Part shown: one piece after another, positions 50,432 to 62,871 of the stretch | How positions within the stretch are numbered: the stretch's first letter is position 1 | Layout: every line of letters starts with the position of its first letter | DNA from: Mobula birostris | Taxonomy: Eukaryota | Assembly (NCBI RefSeq): GCF_030028105.1 | Contig: NC_092371.1 | Span: forward strand, 63,692,057-63,756,056 | Reading direction: 5' to 3' | Length of the DNA: 64,000 nt | Notes under the pieces: generated by a model | The model's input: only the letters and a program-made list of their open reading frames with translations | Database searches by the model: none | Told to the model about the DNA's origin: nothing | Made by a program: the position numbers and the translations under genes

Positions 50432-50624
50432 ATGCAAAAGTTTCTGCAGATGCTGGAAATCCAGAGCAATACACACAAAATGTTGGAGGAACATCAATGA
50501 AGGGAAATGAACAGTCAATGTTTTGGGGTGAGACCCAGGATCTCTGCCCGAAACGTACACTGTTTATTCCTTCCATAGATGCTGCTGTCCTGCCGAGTTC
50601 CTCCAGCATTTTGTGTGTGTTGCT
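50432..50624. mobile_element. Penelope-derived fold-back mini-element
   Basis: Arms agcaatacacacaaaatgttggaggaac / gttcctccagcattttgtgtgtgttgct; junction 'gagaccc|aggatctctgcccGAAACGTacactg'. Confidence 0.82.
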
Positions 50625-51192
50625 GTTAAACTGACATTATGATATATTAAGGTGTAGAGAGGTTGCGAGAATATAAAGAGAGATCAAATATGTTAATTTA
50701 ATCTAATGAAGGTCTCTCCCGTTCTAAAATATTTCTTGTCCATACTCTGATTTTTATCTGATATATCACAGTCAATTACAGAAAATTATAGAGTTCCACA
50801 GGCCTAAAAATTCATTGAGTTGTATTCCATTTAAATAAAATGAACATGGCCAATATGAGCATCTCTACCAGACAGTTACATTGCTTTTATACTCAGTTAT
50901 GGGTAGAGTGTTTCTGCGGGTCCTGCATTTAAGTTCTCATGTCCAAGCTGTTTTATGTAGTGAGTATTCACTTCAGGTGCGAAGTGGAGATTAATGCAAG
51001 ATCCTACATGTCCTAGGAAGAAAAATGTCATTTGAGCCATTTCTTTATTCACTTCCCTTCATATATTTAGTGTTTTGTCACAATGATGCTTAGTTTCTCA
51101 AAGATGGATGATCTATTTATCCTTCCCATCACTAGTACCAATGGGTGTATCATATTGTTGCCTATGGGTTAATGGAAGCTGACAGGGAGATG

Positions 51193-51441
51193 TGTTCTGT
51201 TTTGTAACTTCAAAACATTAACCTAATTCAAAGGAAAACAAGAAAGCTGAGAGCTACAAGTCTCAAGTTTGTTCTTTACTTTAAGCCTCGTGCACATATC
51301 ACGTGATAGCGTCATGACATATGCAAGTTCCTTATTTTTCCATATATCCCATACTGAATTAGTTAAATAAACAAGAATGCTTAACCAAACAATATTTTAC
51401 AATATTACTCAAATACTACTGAAATATTTAAATGCACAACA
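51193..51441 (-). mobile_element. Solo LTR (249 bp) related to the Gypsy element at 58561-62897
   Basis: TGTT...AACA termini; exact 5-bp TSD AGATG (51188-51192, 51442-51446); collinear with 62221-62446 plus 62872-62897 (cattaacctaatt, catatcacgtg, tttacaatattac). Confidence 0.88.
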
Positions 51442-52109
51442 AGATGCAGGCAGGTCAAGTTCAATAACAAATGTACTGGGCTTTGCACTAATGCATACCT
51501 GTGGTAGAGGTACGGCAACTTACTTTTGGCTGAACATTGGGCCGTGACAAGGAGAATGAGGCAGGGGAATTAAGAGACAGAAATAACTAATTGAAATAAA
51601 GCACAAATTCTTAAAAGCTCCATTGTAAAGTATGCAATAATTTTTGTATATGAAAGTGGAGAAGTCAACATGATTTGGAGAAAATGCAGAGTTGCTTGAT
51701 TGGCCTCATTTATCACGATTTATTTATGATCTTCACAATCTTTTTTCTATATCATTTCACTTTACCAACTGAGAAATCTTTGGGTGCAGAACTGAGAGGG
51801 ACTCTGTGTGCCTCCATCTAATGAAGTAAATTCTTCAGCTCATTACCGACACTCTTGGATTAGCTGCTGCTGCTTGTCTACAGAATCATGGAGAGAGGGG
51901 ATATTGCTTTTACTTTTCCCCTTTGAGGAAGTGGACGTTGCTATTGAGACTAGAATTAATTCCCATCCTGAGTTCCCCTTGAAAACGTAATGGTGAGCTC
52001 CCTTGCTGAAATGCTGGACTGGTACGCATCCAACAGGGATGGGAGGTCTGCATGATGATTAAATTAGGCCTCATTTGTTCCTGTTGGGTTAAAATTGTCA
52101 CTTGCTGCA

Positions 52110-52623
52110 GGTATGACCACGGAGGCCATTACTGGATTGGACGTGGGGTCAGATTGAAGCAGCAGAGCCCAGGTCTGGGCCCGACAGCAAAAAATGAATC
52201 AACGTTTTGCCAATTTAAACGCTGAGCTAGATTACAGAGATTAAAGCAGTAAAGGACAAACTGGTGTTCAGCTCAATATTATGTGAGGATTTACTTGCCT
52301 CAGCACTGAAATGGCCTGCAGCCATTGACACTCACCTCATGACTGAACTGTCTCCGTGGCTGTGGCCTGCAGCCATTAGGCTGCTAGACTGGCTGCAGCA
52401 CTGATCCAGTTCTGCAGCTGTGGGCTCTTTTGGGAACCCTGCAGTTCATGTTCTGTGTATTATTTGTTTACTTTTTTATTGCTTGCATGATTTGTTTGTT
52501 TTTTGCTCAGTGGATATTTGATGGTCTTTGGTGTGCGGGATTTTTTTGTGAATTCTTTTGTATTTCTTTGTTTCATGGCTGCCTGTAAGAAGATGAATCT
52601 CAATATACTTTGAGCATTTTGAA
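52110..52623 (+). mobile_element. Non-autonomous retroposon with LINE-like tail
   Basis: 3' part tttgtttcatggctgcctgtaagaagatgaatctcaa...ctttgagcattttgaa resembles 40630-40712 and 48330-48430; 5' boundary approximate. Confidence 0.5.
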
Positions 52624-52725
52624 CATGGCTGCCACATAGAGTGAATTAATAGGTTTAATGCTTGGGGATCATTGCACTGATAAGGTGTAATGGGGAAGGG
52701 GTAGGTGTAGGGTGTAAAAAGTAGG

Positions 52726-52923
52726 TAAAGTTCCTCGCCACACCTTGTTTGGCACAGCAGGCAGCAACCTTGCTGTTTCTTTAACGTTTGTCTGTTTGAC
52801 CAGGCCAAGTTGTTAGCCCGATGCTCAACCCAGCATGGATGGAAAGTGTGCAAGGAGCCGGCTGGAATTGAACCCGGGCCCATTTGTCCCAAAGTCTGGT
52901 GCGGATACCACTACGCCACCAGC
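52726..52923 (-). mobile_element. tRNA-derived SINE
   Basis: Minus strand GCTGGTGGCGTAGTGGTATCCGCACCAGACTTTGGGACAAATGGGCCCGGGTTCAATTCCAGCCGG: clear A and B boxes, followed by a non-tRNA body. Confidence 0.8.
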
Positions 52924-54074
52924 AACAGACAGGTGTAGGGAGAAGTGTCTGCAAATACCTGCTTCTCAATGACCAACAAAAGTAAAACAAAAACTGAAGG
53001 ATTCCTGGACTGTTCTTTGAAACACCTTGAACAATCTCTTTAAGGATGGCTGGGAGGATTATTTGGGGCTGAGTAAAACTGAGTAGAGCGTATACACTAC
53101 AACCTTTACCACTTGTACTTAAGCCCTGAATGAGGATTGTAAAATCATCACAAAAGTGTATTCATAGGAGACATTGAGTCCTCAGTGGCGCCAAACCGAG
53201 TAATCAATCCAATTTCCCCCTGGTGCTATTGCCCTGCTGGCCTGCAACTAACATGCCCGCTGACTTCCTCTTTTACTTCTTCTGCCAACTGACTACAATA
53301 ACGGGCATCTTACATGCTAGTTCGAATCGGAGTCTCAGGAGATGTGAGGTAGTTACGCCTTCAAATGCATTATTGTGGTCTATTCAAGCCCTAGGTGGAT
53401 TAAAGGTCGCCAGAATTAAAAGGCTTCAGGCTCAGTTTGGGCAAGATGAATTTGGAAGCCAATACCAATTTTACATCCATGAAACAATGCCAATAATTTT
53501 TTCCCACTGAGAATGCTGGTACATATAGCTAACTCCTCGGTATCATTGGTTTTCAAAGTGAGCACTATGACTCTTGGGTGCATTGCTGGATGTTAAAAAT
53601 TGGGTCTCCAACTTCACTCCTTTAAATAACACCCAGCCTCCACCACAGACCTTATTTTTTGGTCCGTTGGGGAACTACAGTAAAGTGGGTCACTTGGTAA
53701 AATAAGTTTCAAAACCAGAGCATATAGAAGATTCTCCATAAGTTCTTTTCAGAAATCCCTCACATTTCTATTCTTTTAAAGTTAACTTAGATTTAATTTT
53801 CCTTTGATTGCAGTTTAGACCCATTTTAAATCACATTTGTTAAACTTGTTGACCAAGGAAAGTGGGGTTTAGGTGGACTGCTACAATTTCAGTTGCTATG
53901 GTATTTCACTAATCACTATTTTGGTGTTAATTGTGTAAGAAGGGCAAAATCTAGATTCCTGAGTAACGTCCTTCAATCAGAAAAGGCAACTGTTACCTTG
54001 AACAAAACACGAGGAAATCTGCAGATGCTGGAATTTCAAGCAGACTGTTATCTTGAAGTTGTTTCTGCCAACTC

Positions 54075-54260
54075 TAAATCAGAAGCAGGTTTACTGTCAC
54101 GGTTTTGTTGATTTTTGGCAGCAGTACTGTGCAAAGGCATAAAAATTACTATAAATTACAAAATAAATAAATAAGTAGTGCAAAAAGAAGGAGATATTGA
54201 CATAGTGGTTATTGACCACTCAGCTATCTGATGGCAGAGGGGAAGAAGCTTCTTTCTGAT
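54075..54260 (-). mobile_element. Rex/Babar-type LINE 3' tail
   Basis: aatcagaagcaggtttactgtcac...ttttggcagcagtactgtgcaaa...tctgatggcagaggggaagaagct. Confidence 0.6.
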
Positions 54261-54955
54261 TCATTGAGTGAATTCCCCTGGAAACTGAAGGCTGTACAGC
54301 TGAATTTTCAGAATAATAAGTTGAAAACTGAGCAAGGCAAGGAAAAACAAAAGAAATTTCAAATCCAAGATGTATCTCACACAAATTGCACAGACACTCA
54401 ATCCCACCCAGCAGCAGGACTACAATATCAAACTGAATTAACTGCATCCAATGTTTACTGACTCTGCTTCTCTGCTGTTAAAATGACATTTTGTTGGCTG
54501 CAGGTGTGCAGTCACTATTACTGAATGCTTTTTTATATATTTGTTTTAAATACATTGAGCAGTTAATTAACGCTCTCCTATTTTACTGGGAAAAACCCAC
54601 ACTTCTTTATGTGTCACTTTTAGTTCAGTTTAAATTGGGTTACTCACAGGCACCCCACTTCAATAAAGAACTATTTACTTGTGGTAAAATCTATTATCAG
54701 GTGTATAAATTAAAATGAAACAAGTTCCACTTTTAAGCATATCAAGGAACACCTGTATATTTTGCTTCAAAATAATATTACATTATTGTGTTATGCCAGT
54801 GGACGATCTTATATTGGATGTGAAAATTAATTCAAGCTGCAGTTAAAACAAACCTTACATCTAGTCCATTTTTTGGGGGGTGGGCAGTTCATCTGTAAAT
54901 TGATGGAATGATACAAAATTGGCTTCAGTTTCACAGACACGCTATGTCAAATATT

Positions 54956-57900
54956 CAGGGGCGTATCTATGGAAAATAGCGCCTATGGCAAGCACTGAAA
55001 TTGCGCCCCTGTCCAAACATCTGACACGCATCTTTTAGATATCTTTACCATAATATCAGCTCAAAAATACAAGTCAAGCTCGTTAATCTTTTAATTAGCA
55101 AATTATGGCACTACATGAAAATTATAACTGCACCTTCCTTGCTTTCACTGACGCAAATTGGTCTAAGATGTGATCAAAGTCAGTTTTTTCAGTTTCTTCT
55201 CTACCTACACTCAGCACAGCAAGATCTCAGAGTCTGACTTGACCCATGGAGGCTCTCAAATATGAAAGTATTAGTTTTAACTTGCTGAATGATCTCTCAC
55301 AGCTGGTGATGGAAACTGCGATGGTTAGTTTTATCTGAATAGCAATGCGAAGATTGGGGAAGACGCTCTCATCTCCATACTGAACAATAAATTCAAGAAG
55401 CTCTTTAGGTCTTGATATTTTCATGTTGATCCGCCTTGATATCAACATTCTGCCATCCAAAATATCTTCATATAGCTGCTGTCGATCAACATCAGAGCTG
55501 TACAATTCGCCCAAATTTTCACACTTCTTCTTTAGGCCCTTACTGTCGGAGCCGTAACACAGTCCCTCAACATTGAGATGGAACCCAAACTTGGTGTCAG
55601 TGTCATGCAAATGAGCGAACCTTTCATCCATTTCTCTGTGAAGACGGTCGAGTGTTCCATTCATGACTCTTTCCATTTCCTCCTTAGCTGTTAACCCAGC
55701 GTCTCTCGAGTTCTCATCAGCCATTTGTTTCTTTCGTCTCTGACGTCTTTCAACTTCAATATTCCATTCTTGACAGAGACCGACTCCTTCTTTGAGTGAC
55801 TCACTGACCAACACTTAACTTTCATCATAAAAATCATCTCGGAGGGCTTTCAAATCCAGGGCAGCATCGTGGAAGTTCATGCTAGGATCTTGCAGCCTCT
55901 TTTGAATGCGGTAAATGCAAATGAGTACTATGTTCCAAAATCAGAAAATCGTAACTCAACATGCGGTTGTACAGCTGCCTTGCATCACTTTTTGTTTCAC
56001 TGGTCTTGTTTTCATTGTCTGTCGTGTCCTGGAGAACTTGAAGTATCTCTTCAAGGTACTTGTTGACGGGCTTCACTGCTTCTGTCCTTGCATTTCACCT
56101 GGTTTCGGACTCTGACTTAACAACCACAGGCATGGCGTTTTTGAGTTTTTCCTAGTGCTGTGCTGAACGAGAGAAAAAACACGTAGAGTGCCTTGGTGTT
56201 CCAAAACACGTGACCATCATTGTATCCTGCTTGGCTGCATGTACACCCACCAAGTTGAGTGAGTGATTGTCGCAATTCACAAATACTGCCAGGTAGTTTT
56301 TCTCACTTATTCTTTGATGAACACCACTTCTGTGTCCAGCCATCACAGTAGCGTTGTCATAGCACTGTGACCGACAATCTTGTAGCTCCATTTCGTCCTT
56401 CTCTAGCTGTTTCAAGATGTCTTCAACCAAGCTCTCAGCATCCTCCTAGCTTATCTGGATAAAACCAAGGAAGGGCTCTCTAACACGGACTGTTTTCCTC
56501 TCAAAATCAACTTCCATATACCTCACTACTTCTGACACAGTGTGCCTGATCAGGAGTCGAGTCCAGTCGAACATGAGACCACAGTACTTGGCTTTACGGA
56601 TGCTTCTCAGTAAACTCTGCCGAACAGTGGATGCCATCGTGTGGATGAATTTATTCTGGACACCCGGTGAAAGATAAGACCTGGATCCAGGATGACTTTC
56701 CAAGTGAGTGAGGTGTTCTTTTATGACAGGGTCAAAGATGGCCAGTAGTTTCAGTAAGCCAAGGAAATTTCCCACATTGGAGTCATTGTCTAGCTGAAGT
56801 GACTCCCTATGTCCTCGCATAACCAGGTTCTGAGTCACAAGGAATTTTATGTAGTGAAGGATTCTTGTCAAGATATCACGCCACTTCTCTTTTTCCTTCT
56901 CAATCTGTGACTGAGATACTGCGTCAATAAGTTCTCTGTTTCCAACTATATTTCTTTCCATTTCTTTCCACTGTGTGAAGCATTCCCGATGATTCTTGGC
57001 ATTTTCATGAACACTAATCCTTTCGGGTGCTTTCCACTGGTTGAATCCACTTTCCTGCTCCAATGAGGATTGATGGTCTGACTGGGAATAGAGAAGACAA
57101 CAGATACAAAATGCAGACTTTTTAGAAGGGGAATAGACCAGCCATGAGCGAGTCACTTCCTCACCACGACCATTTCCCAATTTGCTCTTGAACCAAGTTT
57201 TGTTCATTGAGTGGTTATTTGTTGGTAGGAAAGGCCCCTCACTGTTCTGGAAATACTTCAAACCCAGCTTTATTATTTCTGTTCTCAACGCGTCAGGCAG
57301 AATTGCTTTTCCAGTATCCTTGTCAAACTTCAGAAGTCCAATGTCATGCTGTTCAATCACCTCTGGTATGACAGTTTGAGGCTCTTTGACACCATCCAGT
57401 TCACTAGGTTCAGTGTCGTCAGGTTCAATCTTGTCAGGTAAAATCTCGTCAATAAACTCAACATCACCACCACCACCATCATCTTCCCCTCCTGTCATGT
57501 CCACGTTCTCTGTGGCAGCCTCACTCTTAATCACGTCATACTCGGATTTAACTGACTTGACTTCCTCCTCGGCTTGTGACGCATTTGTACTTGATCCACC
57601 TTTGGATTCTAACAAATGTGTAGCAGGTGCAGGTGACTCCATGGAACATGTCAAACTACTTGTTCCGGGATTTTCAAAGAAGGGCATGAAGAAATTGCTC
57701 AACTTCTTGGCTTCCTCTGCCTCCAACTTTCGTCTCTTCTGTCCTTCAGCTCCACTTTCCTTCTTCTTCGTAAAGAAACGTTTCATGGTCTTCTTACACA
57801 ATGCATCCTAGTGCTTCTCACCCATGATAATCAAAGACAGATCATACATCTGAAGAAAATTCTTTTTTCACTATCCGAGGGTGGCTTGTCTGACTTTAAT

Positions 57901-57983
57901 AGAAACTGCTCAGTGGCGCCCCCTCCCCTTCAAGTGGTGCCCAGGGCACGTGCCACACCTGCCATACCGTAGATACGCCACTG
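54956..57983 (-). mobile_element. hAT DNA transposon (Tip100/ZMYM1-like), full length, 3028 bp
   Basis: TIR CAGGGGCGTATCTA / TAGATACGCCACTG (13/14); exact 8-bp TSD CAAATATT (54948-54955, 57984-57991); encodes transposase remnants. Confidence 0.95.
55227..57801 (-). pseudogene. Disrupted hAT transposase
   Basis: RSWLVYSPSKKSAFCICC...HENAKNH (TTF-type zinc finger), LVMRGHRE...GNFLGLL...YLSPGVQN (DUF4371-like), SQCYDNATVMAG, CDNHSLNL (CxxH), FPNL..LTIAVSITSCERSFSKLKLI (hAT dimerisation domain); split over four ORFs. Confidence 0.93.
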
Positions 57984-58175
57984 CAAATATTGTTCCAACA
58001 CACTGTTCATATCTACCCTGCGCTTTTCCCACAGCCACACTTGTGTTTTTTTAGCTCTATGACACCAATCAACTTCAAGGTCAAATTCCTGAAGTCGGGT
58101 GGAATGACTACAGGCAGCAAGTTCAGCTCAGACAGCAGTTCCCAAATATCTGCCTCAGGGTAGACCTGATGGCCT

Positions 58176-58512
58176 TTGGAATTGGAACTGGAATTGGTTT
58201 ATTGTTTTCGCATGTACAGTGAAAAAGATTGTCTTGCATACTGTTCAAACAGATCATTACACAGTGCTTTGAGGCAGTACGCGGTAAAACAATAACAGAA
58301 TGCAGAATGAGGTGAAACAGCTTCAGAGAACGGGCAGATAAGGTGCAAGATAATAATGAGATAGATTGTGAAGTCGAGAGTACATCTTAATACATGAAGG
58401 AGTCATTCCAACAATCTAACAGCAGTGGAGTAGAAGCTGTCTTTGAACCTGGTGGTACATGCTTTAGGCTTCTGCCTGATGGGAGAAGGAAGAAGAGAGA
58501 ATGTCGGGGTTC
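58176..58512 (-). mobile_element. Rex/Babar-type LINE 3' end
   Basis: ttggaattggaactggaattggtttattg tail; similar to 42901-43180. Confidence 0.7.
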
Positions 58513-61500
58513 GGTACTACTGTCAGAGCCCTTTGAACTATTTTTAATGTTTCAGATAATTGTTATGTTTTGTACAATCAAAAATATTAAAATACTTAAA
58601 AGAAAGGCACAGTGGCCAAGAGATGTGAGTACATTAGTTTCGCTTTACATGCATATCACGTGGTAGTATCATGATGTATGCAATTTAATTATTATAAGCT
58701 CCAGCTCAATATAGAATGCATTTCAATGATATACACAGTATACTATATAATGCAACTATGATAAAGACATCCACAGCAGAGCAAACTTTTTAATTGTCCA
58801 ATTCAGACTTAAAGATTTAATCGCTGCGGAGGGTTTCTTACTCTTGTGGGATAACACCTTTCCTGACAAGGGGATCAGTGCTTCACAGATGAGACTTTTG
58901 ACTGTGAAGCAATCTAAGTTTCTGGGGCTTTCTCAGTAGTGGTTGCAAGAGTTGACTCTAAGACTGCAGGAAGTGATTCTGACAGTGGAAGCCACCTTCC
59001 TTCTCTAACAATTGACTCTGCTCTCCTCAACTGGTTGGTGTGTCCTCTCCAGATGACATCACACTCAATCTCCCCTGTGTGGCAGAGTGGTCCAGTTTCA
59101 TCCTTAATCTTTCCAAGTGCCCATTTTTGATCACCTCTGTAGTCCCTCACCAGGACTGCTTGTCCAGGAGTGAAACATCGAACTTCCTTGTTTGAGGAGC
59201 TCTCAACTTGTCTCAGCTATTTGTCCTGCATTCTTCTTCTCTGATTGGGTTTGAGGAGATCAAAACATGAATGCAAGGGATGTCTCAGGAACAGCATAGC
59301 TGGTGAGTTGTTGGTTGTGGAGAGTGTTGCATCATGATATGCAAGGAGGAAATTGGAAAACCTCTGTTTCAGTGTTAGTATTGAGTGTTCTGCTGACATT
59401 GCTCATGATGTGTTCTTTGAACTCCAGACAAACCAGTCTGTTAAACTGTTCGTAGCTGGATGGTACGGTGCAGGTGAATGACTCAGACTGTGGACCACTG
59501 TCACTGACTAAATGTTCTGGAACACCAGTCCTCGCGAAGAGGCCTCTTAATACATTAACAATGTGCGATGTTGTAGTGGAGGCTTTTGTGAACACTGCCG
59601 GCCACTTTGTAGCTGCATGCACTGCTATCAAGAAAATAGTGCCCATGAACGGTCTGGCAAAATTGGCATGAATCCTCTGCCAGGGTAATACAGGGCATTT
59701 CCCACAGATGTTGAGATGCTCCCCTTAGCATCTTCAGAATATGTTGAGATCCCGAAAAGTGCATGGCAAACTGCTCATCTGCTGATCTATCCCAGGCCAT
59801 CAAACTCAGCTTCAAGCCAATGCTTTCATTTTCACCACACTGGTATGTAGCTCCTCCAACACTTCAGCTCTCAGCTTGGATAACTGTCAACGCCCACATC
59901 AGGCGACCTCCGTCAAGGGCAAGTTCATCCAGGTGCTGGTAAGAATGGGGGAAATGGAGTTACTGCTGCACATTCCAGCCATTTTGGGTGGCCATGGAGA
60001 CCTGAAACAGTGTGGAATCATTTCAAGTTTCCTTGCCATAATAGGGAGACTTTTGTTTTGTATTATGGAAAATATTTCCAGAGGAGTATCCTTTCTTCTG
60101 CAAATGTTTCCAGTACTTCCTTTTCCAAGTGTAAACGAGATAATCCATCAGCATTCCCGTAATTAGTTGTCCTCCTGAATTCAATCCTATAATTGTATCC
60201 TCCAAGAAACAGAGCCCATCTCTGTGTTCATGTTGCTGCTGTTAGTGGAACACCTTGCTGTGGTTTGAGATTGGACACAACTGGTTGTTGGTCAGTAATA
60301 TCAGTAAACTCTCCTGTACAATGACTGGTTGAAACGTTTTACACCCTAAACCAGACTCAAGGTCCGTTAATGTGTAATTTTTCTTTTCAGTGGTAAGGGA
60401 ACATGATGCAAAGGCTATGAGGCATTCACTTCTCTCACACATAACACTTTACATAACTGCCATAAGGTGAGGTGTCACAGGCAAGCTTCACTGGACAATG
60501 TCGATCATAATGTGTCATTACAGTGTCTGATGTCACCATTTCCTTTACATTTTTGAAAGCCACCTCACACTGCTTTGTCCATTGCCATTTCTTCCCGATC
60601 TGTAGCAATGAGTTCAAAGGATGGAACACAGGAGCCTGACAGACCTGTTCTTTTGGCTACCGGGACCACTGGCATTGTGCTGAATGAATTCCTTCAGCCT
60701 CCATACAATCTAGCTCATTGGCTACTTTATCATGGTATAAGAAACAGGACAGGGTTTGTAACACTTGGCTGTGACATTTTCATTTAAAACAATTTTACCC
60801 TTGATATGTTTCAGTTTTCCAGTGCTACCCTTGAAAACTGCTGCAGCATCATCTAGTACATTTCTTAATTCACTTTCAGTTGGCTTTATTGCACCATTAT
60901 GAATGCCATTCCCACAGGAATTACATTTTCTCCAGTATATGTTCATTGTTGGATATCTGTAGGCTTCAGTTTAGTATCTTTAAAATACCGTTCAAATTCA
61001 TTTTGTAAGATGACTGAAACAGCAGAGCCAGTATCCAATTCCATTTTAGTTAATTTGCTGTTCACTTCTGGTATAAGCCTTGCTGATTGTTTCTTGTGAG
61101 TTTTTACATAGTAAATCTCAAGGCTACTCAGTCCTGTGTCACTCTCATCATTATGTTTATCAACAATATGCTGATTAGTGCTTTTATTGAAACTGCAACT
61201 TGCCTTTTTATCTTTATCACTTCCCTGTGCAGTCTATTTATTTTTGTCTAGCCAACATGCTCTTTGTATATGTCCTACTTTGTTGTATTTTCTACAAGTT
61301 CCACCTTTAAACCTGCATTGGTCTGATGTATATGACCCACTGCCACAACAGTAACACCATTTGTTCGGCCAGGTAAGTTTCTGTTTGGACATTGCAATTT
61401 TGTTCATGCTCACTTTCATTCCTGACTGCAAATTAATTGCATCTCTGCTGTTTCCATTGAAACTGTTATTCCAATTGCTCTTTTAAATGTAAGTTGTGCT

Positions 61501-61561
61501 TTAGTTAGGAGCCATTTTTGAATGCTTTCTTGTAGGATTCCACAAACTAAACAATCTCTCA

Positions 61562-61656
61562 GTAACACACACAAAATGCTGGAGAAACTCAACAGACTAG
61601 GCAGCTTCTATGGAAAAAAGTTTCTGGCTGAGACCCTTCAGCAGGACTGGAGAAAA
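61562..61656 (-). mobile_element. Penelope-derived short repeat inserted in Gypsy gag
   Basis: Minus strand ccagtcCTGCTGAagggtctcagccaGAAAc; interrupts the gag frame. Confidence 0.8.
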
Positions 61657-62446
61657 TCCCATTACCAACCTGACAATACTCAACAATCTCTTCAATTCAG
61701 CCATGTAAGCTAAAATGGACTTCCCTTCCTTTTGATTCTGCTTATGATGCCTGAAGGATTCTGCAATCAATAATGGTTTTGGTTCTAAATGTTCCTGAAT
61801 TACTTTCACTACATCAGCAAAGCTCATTTCAGCTGCTTTGGTTGGGGCAGTCAATCTTTGAAAAAAACTGTATGCCTTTAAATCCAATGCACTCATCAAG
61901 ATTGGCACTTGTTTCTCATTGGCTTTTCAATTTGCTTTTAAAAACTACTTAATCTATTCAGTGTATAAAGTCCAGTTATCTGTTGTGCATTCAAACATGT
62001 CAATCTTTCCAATGTAGTTTTTGATAATTATTATGACCCAGTACTCACAGTTTATGAGCCCATGAAGTCTTCCATTTTATGCTTTTTTTTTTATCTTGAT
62101 GGTGACTTCCCTTCTGAAGAACTCGTGCTGCACTATTTTTATTTTAAACTCAAACGTCTCACTGGATTTCAACAGGTTGGTAGCTGTCTTGGGTTAAATT
62201 TAAATGTAGCTTGTCATCACTGTAACATTTTGTACAATTAAAGACATTAACCTAATTAAAAGAAAGACATGAGAGCCGAGAGATATGAGTACATTAGCTT
62301 CATTATACTTTTAGCGAGGCACGCAGATATCATGTGGAAGCATGATAGCATATATAATGCACTTACGGTATTTTTACATATAACCTGGAATTATATAAAT
62401 GAATACAGATTAATCGAACACTATATTTACAATATTACAATTTATT

Positions 62447-62871
62447 CCCGGATTGAATGGCTTGTCATTTGAAGAGCGTCCGATGGCTCTGGGCCTGTAG
62501 TCACTAGAATTCAGAAAAATAAGGGGTGACCACATTGAAACCCATCAAATAGTGAAAGGCCTTGATAGAGTGGGTATAGAGAGTCTAAGACCAGAGAAAA
62601 CAGCCTTGGAATAGAGGGATGTCCTTTTACAATGGAAATGAGTCAGAGGGTGGTGAATCTGTGGAATTCTTTGCCACAGGCAGCTGTGGAGGCCAAGTCT
62701 TTATGTATATTTAAGGCAGAGGTTGATAGATTCTTGATTGGTCAGGGCATGAAGGGATATGGGGAGAAGTCAGGAGATTGGGGCTGAGAGGAGAATTGGA
62801 TCAGCCATGATAGATGGAGCAGACTCGATGGGCGAAATGGCCTAATTCTGCTCTCATATCCTATGGTCTTA
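62447..62871 (+). mobile_element. CR1 LINE 3' end inserted in the Gypsy 5' LTR
   Basis: cccggattgaatggcttgtcatttgaagagcgtccgatggctctgggcctg...cctaattctgctctcatatcctatggtctt; the LTR sequence resumes after it. Confidence 0.92.

Noticed and set aside
52858-52923. tRNA gene
   Set aside because: A and B boxes are present but it continues into a SINE body and I could not fold a complete cloverleaf; the same applies to 13620-13691, 24052-24127, 27355-27425 and 35390-35457.
53345-53353. let-7-like TGAGGTAGT
   Set aside because: Only 9 nt match; the rest of the mature sequence and a precursor hairpin are absent.
56446-57801. 451-aa ORF as a host ZMYM1-like gene
   Set aside because: It lies between TIRs and an 8-bp TSD, has no introns, and the downstream domains are frameshifted; it is a transposase pseudogene.
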